Below are positions 34,888 to 46,851 of a stretch of 64,000 nucleotides of DNA, piece by piece (position 1 is the stretch's first letter; every line of letters starts with the position of its first letter). This DNA comes from Lophium mytilinum. Lineage: Eukaryota. Both the position numbers and the translations under genes were made by a program. The DNA lies in NCBI GenBank assembly GCA_010093605.1, contig MU004181.1, positions 2,976,001 to 3,040,000 of the forward strand, given 5' to 3'. The notes beneath the pieces were generated by a model. The model worked only from the letters and a program-made list of their open reading frames with translations. It made no database searches and was not told the origin of the DNA.

Positions 34888-37800
34888 TCAGATGATCACG
34901 CGACCAGCCGCTTCAACGACGTCTTCGACCGGCACTGCCCCTAACTCGACCTCTAGCCACCCTTTGGCCTTCTCGACCACCAGCTCCCACGCATCCTTCT
35001 CACTAGCTAACTTCTTCTCAAAGAAGGCCACAGCCAGCGCAGTCGCAACTGTTCTCTGTGAATACATCGTCGCCAGCTTCACCGTGTGCTCCTTGCTGAT
35101 ACCAATCACAGCAAACAGTGCATCAGTCCACTCCCAAAACCCTTCGAAGGTCTGCAGTTCCACCAGCGTATCCAGCTTCGGACGCGGTGGACTGCTCGCA
35201 GGGTTAAATTCTTGAACACTCTGAGAACCGAAGAACGCTGGCGCAGCACTAAACGGTTTAAATGAATTGCTGCTGCTGCTGCCGAACAACGATGGTGCAG
35301 CACTAGACGGTTTATATGACTTGCCGCTGCTGCTGCCGAACAATGATGGTGCAGCACTAGACGGCTTCGGTGTACTGCTGCTGCTGTTACCGAATACGGA
35401 GCCGAAAAGAGACGGCTGCTTCTTTGCCTCTTTGGAGAACATCCTCGAATTGCTGGACAGGCTATCGCTCTTATCGACCAACGAGTCCAGCCGTTCGCCT
35501 CGCTGCATCACGCTGCCTAGATTCTGCGCTAGGAAAACGTTGTCACTTGCCGCCGACTTGCGTTGTTGTGGCGGCGCAGCTCCACATGACGCGAATGATG
35601 TCTGTTGAGTTACTCCGAAAGGTGATGAAGGTGCCGGTGGTGCGGGCGGCGCTCCTGGTGCTCCAAACAACGAGGGAGAGCCTGTTCTAGCGGAACTGGA
35701 TCGTGCGGAGCCAAACAGGCCACCGCCAGGTGCTTGTATAGAGGCAGCCTGGACAGCGCCACCAAAGCGAGAACTAGGTGATGCCATTCTGGCCTTGATC
35801 TTGTCCATACCCCCGAAAAGGGCGGAAGATTCTGGCTGAGGCACCCTATGTGACGATATAGTGCTGGGTACATCAAGCCATTCGACGTTAACCAGAGTGG
35901 AGTCGTCAGACGCAGACTCGTCAGCCTTATTGCTCTCAACGGCGACGAATGAGCACCACTTCCCACCAACTTGATACTGGACGCCAAGTCGAACTGCTTC
36001 GCGCTCCACCATGTCTTCGAAACGACTTTCGTATTTCTTCTTGAGTAGGTTCTGTGCTTCATCCCTGGCTTCTGTAAGCCAGCCGCGATCCTGCTCTAGC
36101 TCCGCGATTGCTTTTTTTGCTGCCAATTGGTGAATGGTTTCCCCTGGAGTGTCGAGAATCTGAACCGGGATCTCGAGTTCCAGCGGACCATGCGCTGAAG
36201 TGCCTCGAAGAACCACCGACTTAGGTTTCTTTTGGACAGAGCTGGGGCCTAGAAGGAGATACACACTAGTCCGACTGAATGGGAATAAAGGAGGAATGTT
36301 TTGGGGTGCTTGAAGCACACTCGGAGTTGCAATCGTTGGGAGATGGGCATAACGCGCTTCGCCAGATTCGTCAATGGGAGTGGGTTCTTCCTTGTCCAGG
36401 TTTACCGACAGATCGAATAGTGATATGGGCTTTTTCTGTGGGTTGCTATTAGCATTGCTTGATGTTGATTGGGATTCGGAAGCTTGCTGGAGAAAGCTGA
36501 AGGTATGAGTAGGGAATTGCATAGTGGGGAATGAAAACAAATAGGATCCGAAGCCTTGATCTCTTTCAAGGAAATACGGTTTGAGAGGGGTTAAGTTACC
36601 GGTTCGTCTTTCGTTGTCTCCTTCTCTGTTGTCTTGATACTCAAACTATCGATCGCTTTCTCAACAATCTCGAACTCATCGTCGATAGTCGAGCTGTTGT
36701 CGTCGACGTATTTCACCTCCAAGCTATAGTCGGTAACGTGCGGCGACAGTGCCCCTTTCAACATGCGAACAACCTTGCTGTCAAGCTTCTCGCCTTCGCC
36801 CACGGCCTGGGAGAATCCATTGCCAGCCCTTGCAATGCCCTCAATGAGTGCATGAGAGACGCCATTCCCAATGCCCAGTGTGAACACACGTATCGGTGCC
36901 TTACTTTCGATGACCTCCTTGTTAAGGTATGAGAACAGGGTCTCCTGATCCCAAATCTCGCCATCAGTCAGTAGCATCACTTCAAGTGGGATATCTTTGT
37001 ATCGTAGTTCCAACGTGGCCCTGATTGGTGCGAACATTTCGGTGCCGCCATAATCGGCCTGAAACGTTTCGACGTGTTTGATGGCTTCATCAAGACTCGA
37101 TTGACTGTAAGACTTGCTCTTCTTCCATAAGAACGAGTGACGAGAACCGAACGAGCAGATGTTGAAGTTTACCCCAAGAGGCAGAGACTTCAGGAAGACT
37201 TTCAGGGCGCTGACGACAAGCGGAATTTTGCTCCCCGCCATGCTACCGCTTCGATCACAGATGAAAACCACTTCTGGTCTCTCAGGTGGGAGCGAAAACT
37301 TCGGGACTAGAGTTGCCATCAACGCGCGCTGATTAGGGATTGTAGGGTGGGTTTCGAGCACAGCAGTCGGTACTCCGGTGTCTTTCGACACTACTTGTAG
37401 AACAAAATCCTTCTCGAGCTCAGCACTACCAAGACTGAGAGTTGCTGACGCCGAGGTCATTTTCGGTTCAGCTTTCGGGGCAAGAGATGTGTTTCCCATT
37501 GTGACAGATATGGGGTGGCTAGGCGATCGCATTTGCTGAATGAAGGACTTTTCGGGCATCTCGACATCTACAGTGATTTGAATACCTTTGCCTTGAGTGT
37601 TATGTGCACTTCTAGCCAGGTCTCCAGGATAATCGCCGTACCGCGGAGCGATGACAGTGGGGATTGTGAATCGTATCCCATCTACCTCGGCGTCATGCTT
37701 GAGCTCACCAAGATACGTGATCTCGGTAACGAGTGAAGCTCCAGGAGGCACATTTCCCACAGTAGTAGTAAAGACATCAGAGGCATCCAGGAGCTGCTCC

Positions 37801-38138
37801 AGAAGGCCTGCGGTCTCTCCTCGAGCGACGGCCTCTTTGTAAACTGCTTTGGCTTTTTCCTTCTCTTTCACCTCGCCTATGATAGTCCTATCTCCTATGC
37901 GGCATTGAAAGCCGACGACACTGACTCCATCATAAAGCGGGAACGTGAATCTTAGCTCCTTGATACCCTTCGACTGGGATGGATTGACGAAAGTTTGCGT
38001 GAGCGTTGTGCGTGAAGTTGTGGACAAGATTATTGTGTGTGCTTGCAGGTCGACTTGTGGAAGATATTGTAGCTTCACCAGTCCGACGACATGGGGATTT
38101 GGGATCACGTAATATACTCCGCAAATATGGACCGCCAT
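34888..38138 (-). CDS. VIT + vWA domain protein (VWA5A-like) with FG-repeat linker and R-SNARE-like insert
   Basis: VIT (TTLTQTFVNP...FTFPLYDGVSV...DVFTTTVGNVP), vWA MIDAS DRSGS...TDGE, intron 36599..36436 (in frame), C-terminal LVELQTFEGFW...WELVVEKAKGWL. Confidence 0.9.
35222..35394 (-). repeat. Three-copy 54-nt (18-aa) coding tandem repeat
   Basis: FGNSSSSTPKPSSAAPSL / FGSSSGKSYKPSSAAPSL / FGSSSSNSFKPFSAAPAF; ccgaa recurs at 35228, 35282, 35336 and 35390. Confidence 0.9.
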
Positions 38139-39002
38139 TGTGACTAGGATAGAAGGAGCAGTGGATATAAAAGTGGAAAATAATTTGAATGATCAAAAGA
38201 ATAGGATATTGGATGACAATGCACGGGGGCAATGACTATGGGTTGTAGATAATTCAGTGGGTATTCAGCGAGCAAGGTCAGGATATAGACGAATGTGAAG
38301 GCAGCACGATCTTAACTTGTAGTGTTGCCTAGTCCTACCTAGCTGCCTGGACGGCGTCGTGCTGAAGTCAGTTAATTTCCTGGAACAGCAAGCTAAGGGG
38401 ATATGTGGCTGGAATACGAAATGATCTCATGTCTCAGGGGACCTTCGGTGGCTCGATAACGTGAGTCAGCGATAAGAGTTGAAGTCTGGCTGATTCTAGG
38501 AAGAACACAGCCGCGATTTGGCGTCTTTGACGGCACGCCTTCGAGGCGCAGTCTGGGGAAAAGCAAGCGCCCGTAGGTATGATTCGATCGATCGCTTGCA
38601 TACAGCGTGTTCTAGTTTCAGACCGCCTGAGCTAATACGCGGCAAGGTTCGTGGAATTCAGAAGAGCTCGGATCGCCATATGTAGGAGGTTGTGCTTTGA
38701 GGGGTGTGGCTCGCCGTATTTTGCTACCGCGGACCGTAATAGCTACGCTGCTTCCGTAGGCCATCACGTTGCAGGACACTTTTCTGTGAATAATTGCTTG
38801 TAGTACTGCAGGAATTGATTTCTAGTATCTTTGAATCCACGTGGCCAAAAACCAAATCAGCAGACAGAAGAGGTGGACAAGAGCGTTTCTTTTGATTCCG
38901 TCTTGGCGCCATAATCCGCGATAGCTCCCCAGCAGCAGCTTCAGCGGCATCATCGAACATTCGCCATCAACCGCCATCTCCCCAGCAATCCACAACAACA
39001 CC

Positions 39003-40203
39003 ATGGAGGGCCTCTTTTACAACGTCAAGTTCGGCTACATTGAGGGTATTGTACGGGGCTACCGGAATGCCCTACTCACCAGTCAAAACTACGGCAACCT
39101 GACGCAATGCGAAACCATAGACGGTACGTTCTTTACTGATTCCGCTACAAGCTCAGTCTAATGCTCCCTAGATGTGAAGCTCCAGCTCTCTCCCGCCTAT
39201 GGGGACTTCCTCTCTGCTCTCCCGCCGAAACCATCCACCTCCGCGCTGGCGAACAAAACCACCGAGAAGCTCGTCGCCGAGTTTCGTTACGTTCAGGCGA
39301 ATGCGACAGGATCTCTCTCCAAGTTCATGGAGTATCTCACGTATGGATACATGATCGACAATGTCGCCCTGCTCATTACTGGAACGCTACACGAGCGGGA
39401 TACACGCGAGCTGCTGGAGAGATGCCATCCTCTAGGTTGGTTCGAAACCATGCCCGTGCTCTGCGTGGCCACCAACATCGAGGAGCTCTACAACTCCGTA
39501 TTGATTGAGACCCCCCTGGCGCCATACTTCAAGGGATCGCTCAGCCACCAAGACTTGGACGAGCTTAACATCGAGATTATCCGGAACACTCTTTACAAGA
39601 ACTATCTGGAGGATTTCTACAACTGGGTCAACACACACCCCGATCTCGCCGGGACGCCCACGTCAGACGTCATGACAGAAGTACTGGAGTTTGAGGCGGA
39701 TCGGAGAAGCATCAATATCACACTGAACTCCTTCGGCACTGAGTTGTCGAAGGCAGACAGGAAGAAGCTATATCCCAGCTTTGGTAGGTTGCACCCGGAG
39801 GGCACACTCATGCTGTCGAGGGCAGATGACGTCGAGGGTGTGCGTATCGCCGTAGAGTCTGTAGCGGACTACAAGAGCTTCTTCGACCAAACCGGCCTGA
39901 GCCAAGGTGGGCAGTCTGGAGTTGGCAACATGGCTGGCGGGGTTGGTGGAGAGTCGAGGAGCTTGGAGGATCTGTTCTACCAGAAAGAAATGGAGATCTC
40001 CAAGCTTGCTTTCACCCGTCAGTTTACGCACGCTGTGGTGTACGCATGGGTGAAATTACGGGAACAGGTATGTTCAAATAAAGCTGCGTTGCCTAAGCTC
40101 GGTTCACTGACGAATTCAGGAAATCCGTAATATCACTTGGATAGCAGAATGCATTGCACAGAACCAGAAGGAGAGGATCGGGAACTACATCAGTGTGTTC
40201 TGA
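39003..40203 (+). CDS. VMA6: V-ATPase V0 subunit d
   Basis: [26 protein letters not shown]...YMIDNV...FEADRR...[21 protein letters not shown]; two introns. Confidence 0.97.
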
Positions 40204-40953
40204 GATGGTTTGCCTGTACTTCTAATGTTTCCTTGTATTACAATAGCTTCTCTATTTTGCTCGGAGTTCAAGGTCATGGCCTGTATATACCTCCAATGAA
40301 GGCTTTGAATGTGCCTACCTAGTCTACGACGTTGGTAAACTGTCTGCATAGCTCTGCTAAGGAACGAATTATGCACGTGCAAGAACACGGCCATAAGCTG
40401 GATCTACGACCTCGACGTTGACCCACGTGTACTAGTCTGCGTAGTCTGAAAGAGACAACACTTGTAGTTGCGAAATTCAGATGCACACAAAGGGAAGCTG
40501 CAGAGCGGGGCTGAAACTTCATGTCCCATCCTGCTTTGGTGCAAGCCGTCTCGAGTCTCTCGCACTGCGCTGTGAGTCATCTGCAGTTTCCCGTCCGGTG
40601 TGTATCTTAGTGACTCTGACTGCGGTGCAAGTCTTCGCAGTGGTTGATGCCTTGGGTGCGGCGATCGGAAGCACTTCGTACCCCTCCACCGTCCTCGTCA
40701 TTCTCCGTCCCCCCCACACTTACACGTCAAAATCCAGCTGCCCTTGTGCCCTGCGGTCTCTTGGGTTCATTCCCCTTCTGTCACTCTCTAGGGCTTTTTT
40801 TTCTCTTCTACGCCTCCTGTTCCACACCTTTCTCGCGTCTTCCCGCGCCGGGCGACTCAAACCCGCACACAATCACCGAGCGCCACCAAACACCCTCCAC
40901 TTCTTCCAATCGAAAGTAAACCACCCCAAACCTCATCCTCCACCTCGCCCACA

Positions 40954-43900
40954 ATGCCGCCCAAGAAAAAAGGCAACAAGAAGGCGAACGACGACTGGGA
41001 AGCCGACCTAGGCGAGTCTGCCCCCGTGGCCACCGATGCGCCGGCCGAGGATGCACCCGCAGCGGCACCAGAGGAGGACGATGCCTTGGGAGGAGGGCTT
41101 CTGGCGTCTCTCCAGCGGCGGAAGAAGAAGAAGAACCAGACACAAGACTTTGTAGAGGGCGAGGACCCTACGGCGAACGGTCCGGCTAGTGCCGCAGATG
41201 ACTTCGCAGCGAAGGCCCCCCAGGAGGCTTCTATGGAGGATGAGGATATTTTCTCGGCGCCGGTGAAGAAAGGAAAGGGCAAGCCTACGCCAGCAAAGGC
41301 GGCCGAGGAGCCTGAGCCCCAGGCCGATGAGGGACCGAAAGTGAAGACAAAGGCGGAAAAGGATAAGGAAAAGAAGGAGAAGGAGAAACAGCGGAAGAAG
41401 GAGCTGGTAAGAGGCGTCACGTTGGCATATTGGAGGTCTTGACACTGATTTGTTCCTATGTAGGCTGCTAAGAAGAAGGCTACCACTCCCGCTGCGAAGG
41501 CCGAGCCTGTTGCCAAAGCCACAGACGGAAAGCCGACCCCTTCGGCCGCTCCAGTACCGGAACCAGCGGGCGGAAAGAAGAAGAAATTGAATCCTGCGCT
41601 TGCTGCTCTAGCGAAGAAGCAGGAAGAACTACGATTGCGGGAAGAACAGGCGGCGCGTGCAGAGGCCGAAGAACGAGCTCGAATCGAGGAGGAAGAGCGA
41701 CTAGAGGCTGAGGAGGCGAAGCGAAAGGAGGAAGCCAAAGCTGCAAAGAAGCTGAAGGAGAAACAGAAGATTGAGCAGCTTAAGAAAGAGGGCAAATTCA
41801 TGACCAAAGCCGAGAAGGAACGGCAAGCCCGCAATCAACTAGCAGTGAAGCAGATGCTTGAGAACAGCGGAGTAAAAGTAGCCGGACTTGAAGAGACCGA
41901 GAAGCCTGCAAAGCCCAAGTACGACAACAAAAAGAAGAAGGGCCCAAAGAAGCAGGAGCCAAAGGAGGAAGACACACAAGCTGAGGAAGAAGCTCGGCGG
42001 AAGTTGGAAGAACTGCAACTTGCGGAGGAAGCTGCTGCAGCTGAAGCCGCTACACAGGCTGCACGGGAGAATGCTGAAGAGAAGAAGGATGAGAGTGACT
42101 CCGGCGAAGACTGGGAGGCGCAAGCTGACGAAATGGAGGGCGTCAAGGACAGCTGGGATGCGCCTTCGGACGAAGAAGAGGATCCTGCCCCGGCTAAGAA
42201 GCCTGCTGCTAATGGTAAACCTGCAAGTCAGGATGCCAGAGCGGCCAACGGTAAAAAGGCTACTCTAGAGGCAACCTCAAAGACTGTCCCAGCTAAGGCC
42301 TCCCCAGCCAATGCTGCTCCTGTCAACAAAGCCTCTGCTAAACCTCCTACAGCCTCCACCTCCAAGAAGACTGCCGAAGACAGTGATTCTGAATCTGAGT
42401 CTGAGTCCGAAGACGACTCATCAGAAGATGAACAGGTCACTGCCACACAGAAGGCTGAGGCTGCTCGTAAAGCAGCTGCTGCTGAACGTAGGAAAGAACA
42501 GCACGAGGCAGCTTTGGCAGCTCGATCAAAAGACGACCTCAGATCACCAATCTGCTGTATTCTTGGCCACGTCGATACTGGTAAGACGAAGCTTCTGGAC
42601 AAAATTCGACAGACGAATGTCCAGGAAGGCGAAGCTGGTGGTATCACGCAACAGATCGGTGCTACGTACTTCCCCGTCGATGCTCTGGAAAAGAAGACCG
42701 CCGTGGTCAACAAGGATGGCTCATTCAAATTCAACGTTCCAGGTCTCTTGGTCATTGACACGCCTGGTCACGAGTCTTTCACTAATCTTCGATCTCGTGG
42801 TTCGTCGCTTTGTAACATCGCTATCCTGGTAGTCGACATTATGCACGGCCTCGAACCGCAAACTCTGGAATCTATGAGACTACTACGGGACCGCAAGACA
42901 CCTTTCATCGTAGCACTGAACAAGATAGATCGTTTGTACGGATGGTCACGAATCGATAACAATGGATTTGAGGACAGTCTCCACCTCCAGAAGAAGTCAG
43001 TCCAACAGGAGTTCCGCGATCGATGGCAATTCGTAAAGACACAGCTCATGGAGCAGAGCTTCAATTCAGAGCTCTTCTACGAAAATAAGAGCATGGCCAA
43101 GAACGTGTCCGTAGTGCCCACTTCTGCACATACCGGCGAGGGCATTCCGGATATGTTGAAGCTAATCATCAAGTTGACACAAGAGCGTATGACTGGCAAG
43201 CTCATGTACCTTGCTGAAGTTGAATGTACGGTTCTCGAGGTCAAGGTCATTGAGGGTCTCGGCACGACGATCGATGTCATTTTAAATAACGGTGTACTTC
43301 ACGAAGGCGACCGGATAGTCCTTTGCGGTAATCCTGAGCCTATAGCCACCAACATTCGAGCACTCCTTACACCCGCCGAAATGAAAGAACTGCGACTCAA
43401 GTCAGTCTATGTCCACAACAAGGAAGTAAAGGCTGCCATGGGTATAAAGATTGCTGCTGATGGTCTGGACACGGCTATTGCTGGATCTCGTCTACTAGTC
43501 GTGGGCAAGGACGACGACGAAGAGGACCTCATGGATGACGTTATGGCGGATCTAGCGCATCTCCTCGGCAAAGTTTCTAAGACCGGTCGTGGTGTCAGTG
43601 TTCAAGCGTCCACTCTTGGATCCCTAGAAGCTTTACTCGAGTTCTTGCGAACTTCCAAGATTCCTGTGGCAAGTATTTCTATCGGCCCCGTCTTCAAGAA
43701 GGACGTGCTGCGCTGCGGTGTCATGCTCGAGAAAGCCAAGGAGTACGCTGTGATGCTCTGCTTCGACGTCAAAGTCGATAAAGAAGCGCGACAGTACGCC
43801 GAAGATATTGGTGTCAAGATATTCGAGGCAGATATCATATACCATCTCTTCGACAAGTTTACGGCGCACATGAAGTCGCTGGAAGAGCAACGCAAGGAGG

Positions 43901-44390
43901 ACAGCAAGATGTTGGCGGTGTTCCCCTGTGTGCTCGCACCTGTGGCGGTCTTCAATAAGAAAGACCCTATCATCATTGGTGTAGATGTGATTGACGGTAA
44001 TTTGCGGCTCCTAACGCCGGTCTGCGCCATCAAAAAGAATCCGGTCACAGGCGTGAAGGAAATACTTCAAATGGGCAGAGTGTAAGTCTCCCCTCACAAC
44101 ATGCTCCTCTCATGTTCTATGTATTCTAGACTGACCCCCGTGATAGGACTTCCATCGAGCGTGACCACAAGCAACTCCCGATATGTAAGAAGGGCCAGCC
44201 ATCCGTAGCTATCAAGATCGAAGGCCCCAACCAGCCTCTCTATGGCAGGCATCTGGAGGAGAAGGATACACTGTACAGCGCCATCTCGCGCAAGAGCATT
44301 GATGTACTGAAAGAATTTTACCGCACCGATGTCAGTAACGATGAATGGTCGCTCATTGTCAAACTCAAGAAGGAGTTTGATATCATGTGA
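40954..44390 (+). CDS. FUN12: Translation initiation factor eIF5B
   Basis: Charged N-terminus; [38 protein letters not shown]; two clear introns. Confidence 0.97.
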
Positions 44391-44822
44391 GAGCTTCTGC
44401 GAGCTGTCGCTGGTGCTGGTGGGTTCACTGGTAGTGGAAGGCGGGATGTATGAACTGATGGCTGCTGCGACTAGAAGGGTTTAAGATGCTCTTTCTTGAA
44501 AATATCGGCGGACTGGCGGGTGGCTGCCTGGTGTTTCATCTGCTTTGATGGCGTCATGCATCCGGGGATAGGTGTTGAGGTGTTGATAGTTTGTCTAATG
44601 CTAACATGGATTGCTCCTCTCACTGTAGTGCATGACTTTGGGATCTAGTCTTAAGCCCTAGCTACATTCCTCCCTCGATGAACCTCCAGCGTATTTTCTC
44701 CAGCCTCAACACTGTATAACCTTCCAAATTACTTGATTCTGGATCTTCAATATACATATAGGTACTTAAGCGCGAGTAGCAACCACTCCCCCAAACCCAC
44801 CCTCACACACATTGTCAACCCC

Positions 44823-45933
44823 TCATATCTTCGACGTCCGCTTCTTCGCCAGCAACTCCTTCTTCTTCTCCGCAAACCGCTTCACCGGCGCATCCTCCAC
44901 AAACCGCTCCGCCAACGCATCCATCGCATTATACACCGCCACCATACGCGCATCCCTAATCGGCGCATTCTGCAACCGCTTCATCTCCATCATACTCTTC
45001 CCATCATTCACATCCAGCTGGCCCTGCAAGAACGCCAGCACCTTTGCCTGAAACGCGTCGCCAGCCTCGTCGAAGACGTAGTTGACCAGCCCGGCCGCCT
45101 CGCACTCTTCGACGGATAGCTTGCGGCCGAACATGAGGAAGTCGTTGGCGCGGTGGATGCCGATGTGCTGCGCGAAGGAGAGCGCGGAGCCGTTCTCGGG
45201 CACGAGGGCGAGTGCGCTGAAGGGGCATTGCAGGTAGGTGGTTCGCGAGGCGAGCACGATGTCGGCGACGCCGGGGAACCAGCAGGCGCCGGCGCCGACG
45301 GCGGGGCCGTTGAGCGCGAGGATGAGGACTTTGCGGTGGTCGATCATGCTGCGGAGGATTTCGATTGCTGGAGGGGGCGTGTGAGAAGGGGGGTTCGTGG
45401 AAAGGAGGGTTGAGGTTAAGATTGAGGTTGGAAGAGATTCGATGCATGAAAGCGATGGATGGAATGAACGCAGAGAGCTAGAAAGATCTTTTGAAATCAA
45501 TGAAGTGATGAGCTTACCGGATCCGAATCGAGTTATCATTGCCAGCTTTTTCTCGCCAATGTACTTGTAGTCAACGGGCGCGTCGTTGCCAATAGCTATA
45601 TCAACATTAGCGTCGTGACCACTCAAAGCATTCAAGACTCATTTTACCCTTAACATCAGCACCAGCAGAGAAGAACCGTCCCTCTCCAGTCAAGACAGTG
45701 AATATCGTTTCCGGGTGCTCGTCCAGGTATCTTAGCGCATCAATCGTGTCCGCGATCAAGCTGCCACCGAATGAATTGAGAGACTTTGGGCGGTTGAACT
45801 GAGGAATGCTGTCAGCACGAATACAACAAAGGAAAGTGGATGATCGAAGTTTGAGAAAGAGGTCACATACTTTGATGACACCGATTTTACCGGTAATCTC
45901 AAGCTTGATGTCGTCGTAGGTTTTGGCGGCCAT
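44823..45933 (-). CDS. ECI1: Peroxisomal delta3,delta2-enoyl-CoA isomerase (crotonase family)
   Basis: FNRPKSLNS, LTGEGRFFSAGAD, LNGPAVG, PFSALALVPE; C-terminal PTS1-like SKI. Confidence 0.85.
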
Positions 45934-46851
45934 GTTTGCGAGTGATGTTGATTGGTGTAGGCAGGGCGCAAGGTAGATTACGGGGTCTGAAGGCGCTACT
46001 TGTGATTACCTCCTCTTTATTCTTACTCTTCTAGATCACGGCTATAAAAATAGTTGATAGATGCTAAAGAGCTGTTTGTAGATGACTTCAGTAGAAAGTT
46101 GTCTGGGAGAATAGTAATCTTACCTAGGTAGGTCAGGTCGGTACCCTTGGCCCCGCAGTGGAAGCAATTGGGCCTCGGCTCAATACCGGATTAGGATCGA
46201 GAAGGCCTGGAGCGTGCAAATGGGATCGAGTCAGCTTGTGAGAGCTGTGAGGGCAGGCAATGGTTCGTGTGCTTCTGCGGGTTACTGAAGTGACTTAATG
46301 TTGATGATTTAAGGTATATCAGGCACGGAAAAGCTCGGCACTTTGCGGTTATGGTGACGCATACGGCTAGGAAAGACCGTGATCATTGGATAGTGAAGCT
46401 GTAAATGGGCATGATGAAAGACTCTCTTTATAGGCGGTAGCATGAGGCCCCCAAATAAACATATGGAATTCATGCTCTCCCGAAACCCGAGCAACACACG
46501 CATAGCCTATGAACAATGAGAATGACCATCAGGCCTCTCTCGGGCCTCCCGTCATCTCATCTGGTTCGGGGAACTGTCCGGATCTGCTCTACACGATAGG
46601 CTACTCTTGCGGGTAGACGTGCGACCGGTTTTAGGGAATTGATTTGTTCCTGGAAGGCGTTACATTGAGGGTCTATGCTACTCATACAGGCGGTCCCAGC
46701 CATCTAATCCACTACGAGAGGAAATCTAGAGTGGAATCACCCGAACACCATGCTGATGCGCAGAGCGCACTAATCAATACAAAAGAGCAGAGAACTATTC
46801 ACAGCGCTACGCTGAAACCAAACGCAAATCTCCAGGATACAGAGTATCACT

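Noticed and set aside
40857..44048. Long antisense ORFs over eIF5B (similar shadows over SRV2, MRPL3, the kinase-like gene and GH5)
   Set aside because: Antisense shadows caused by codon bias of the real genes.
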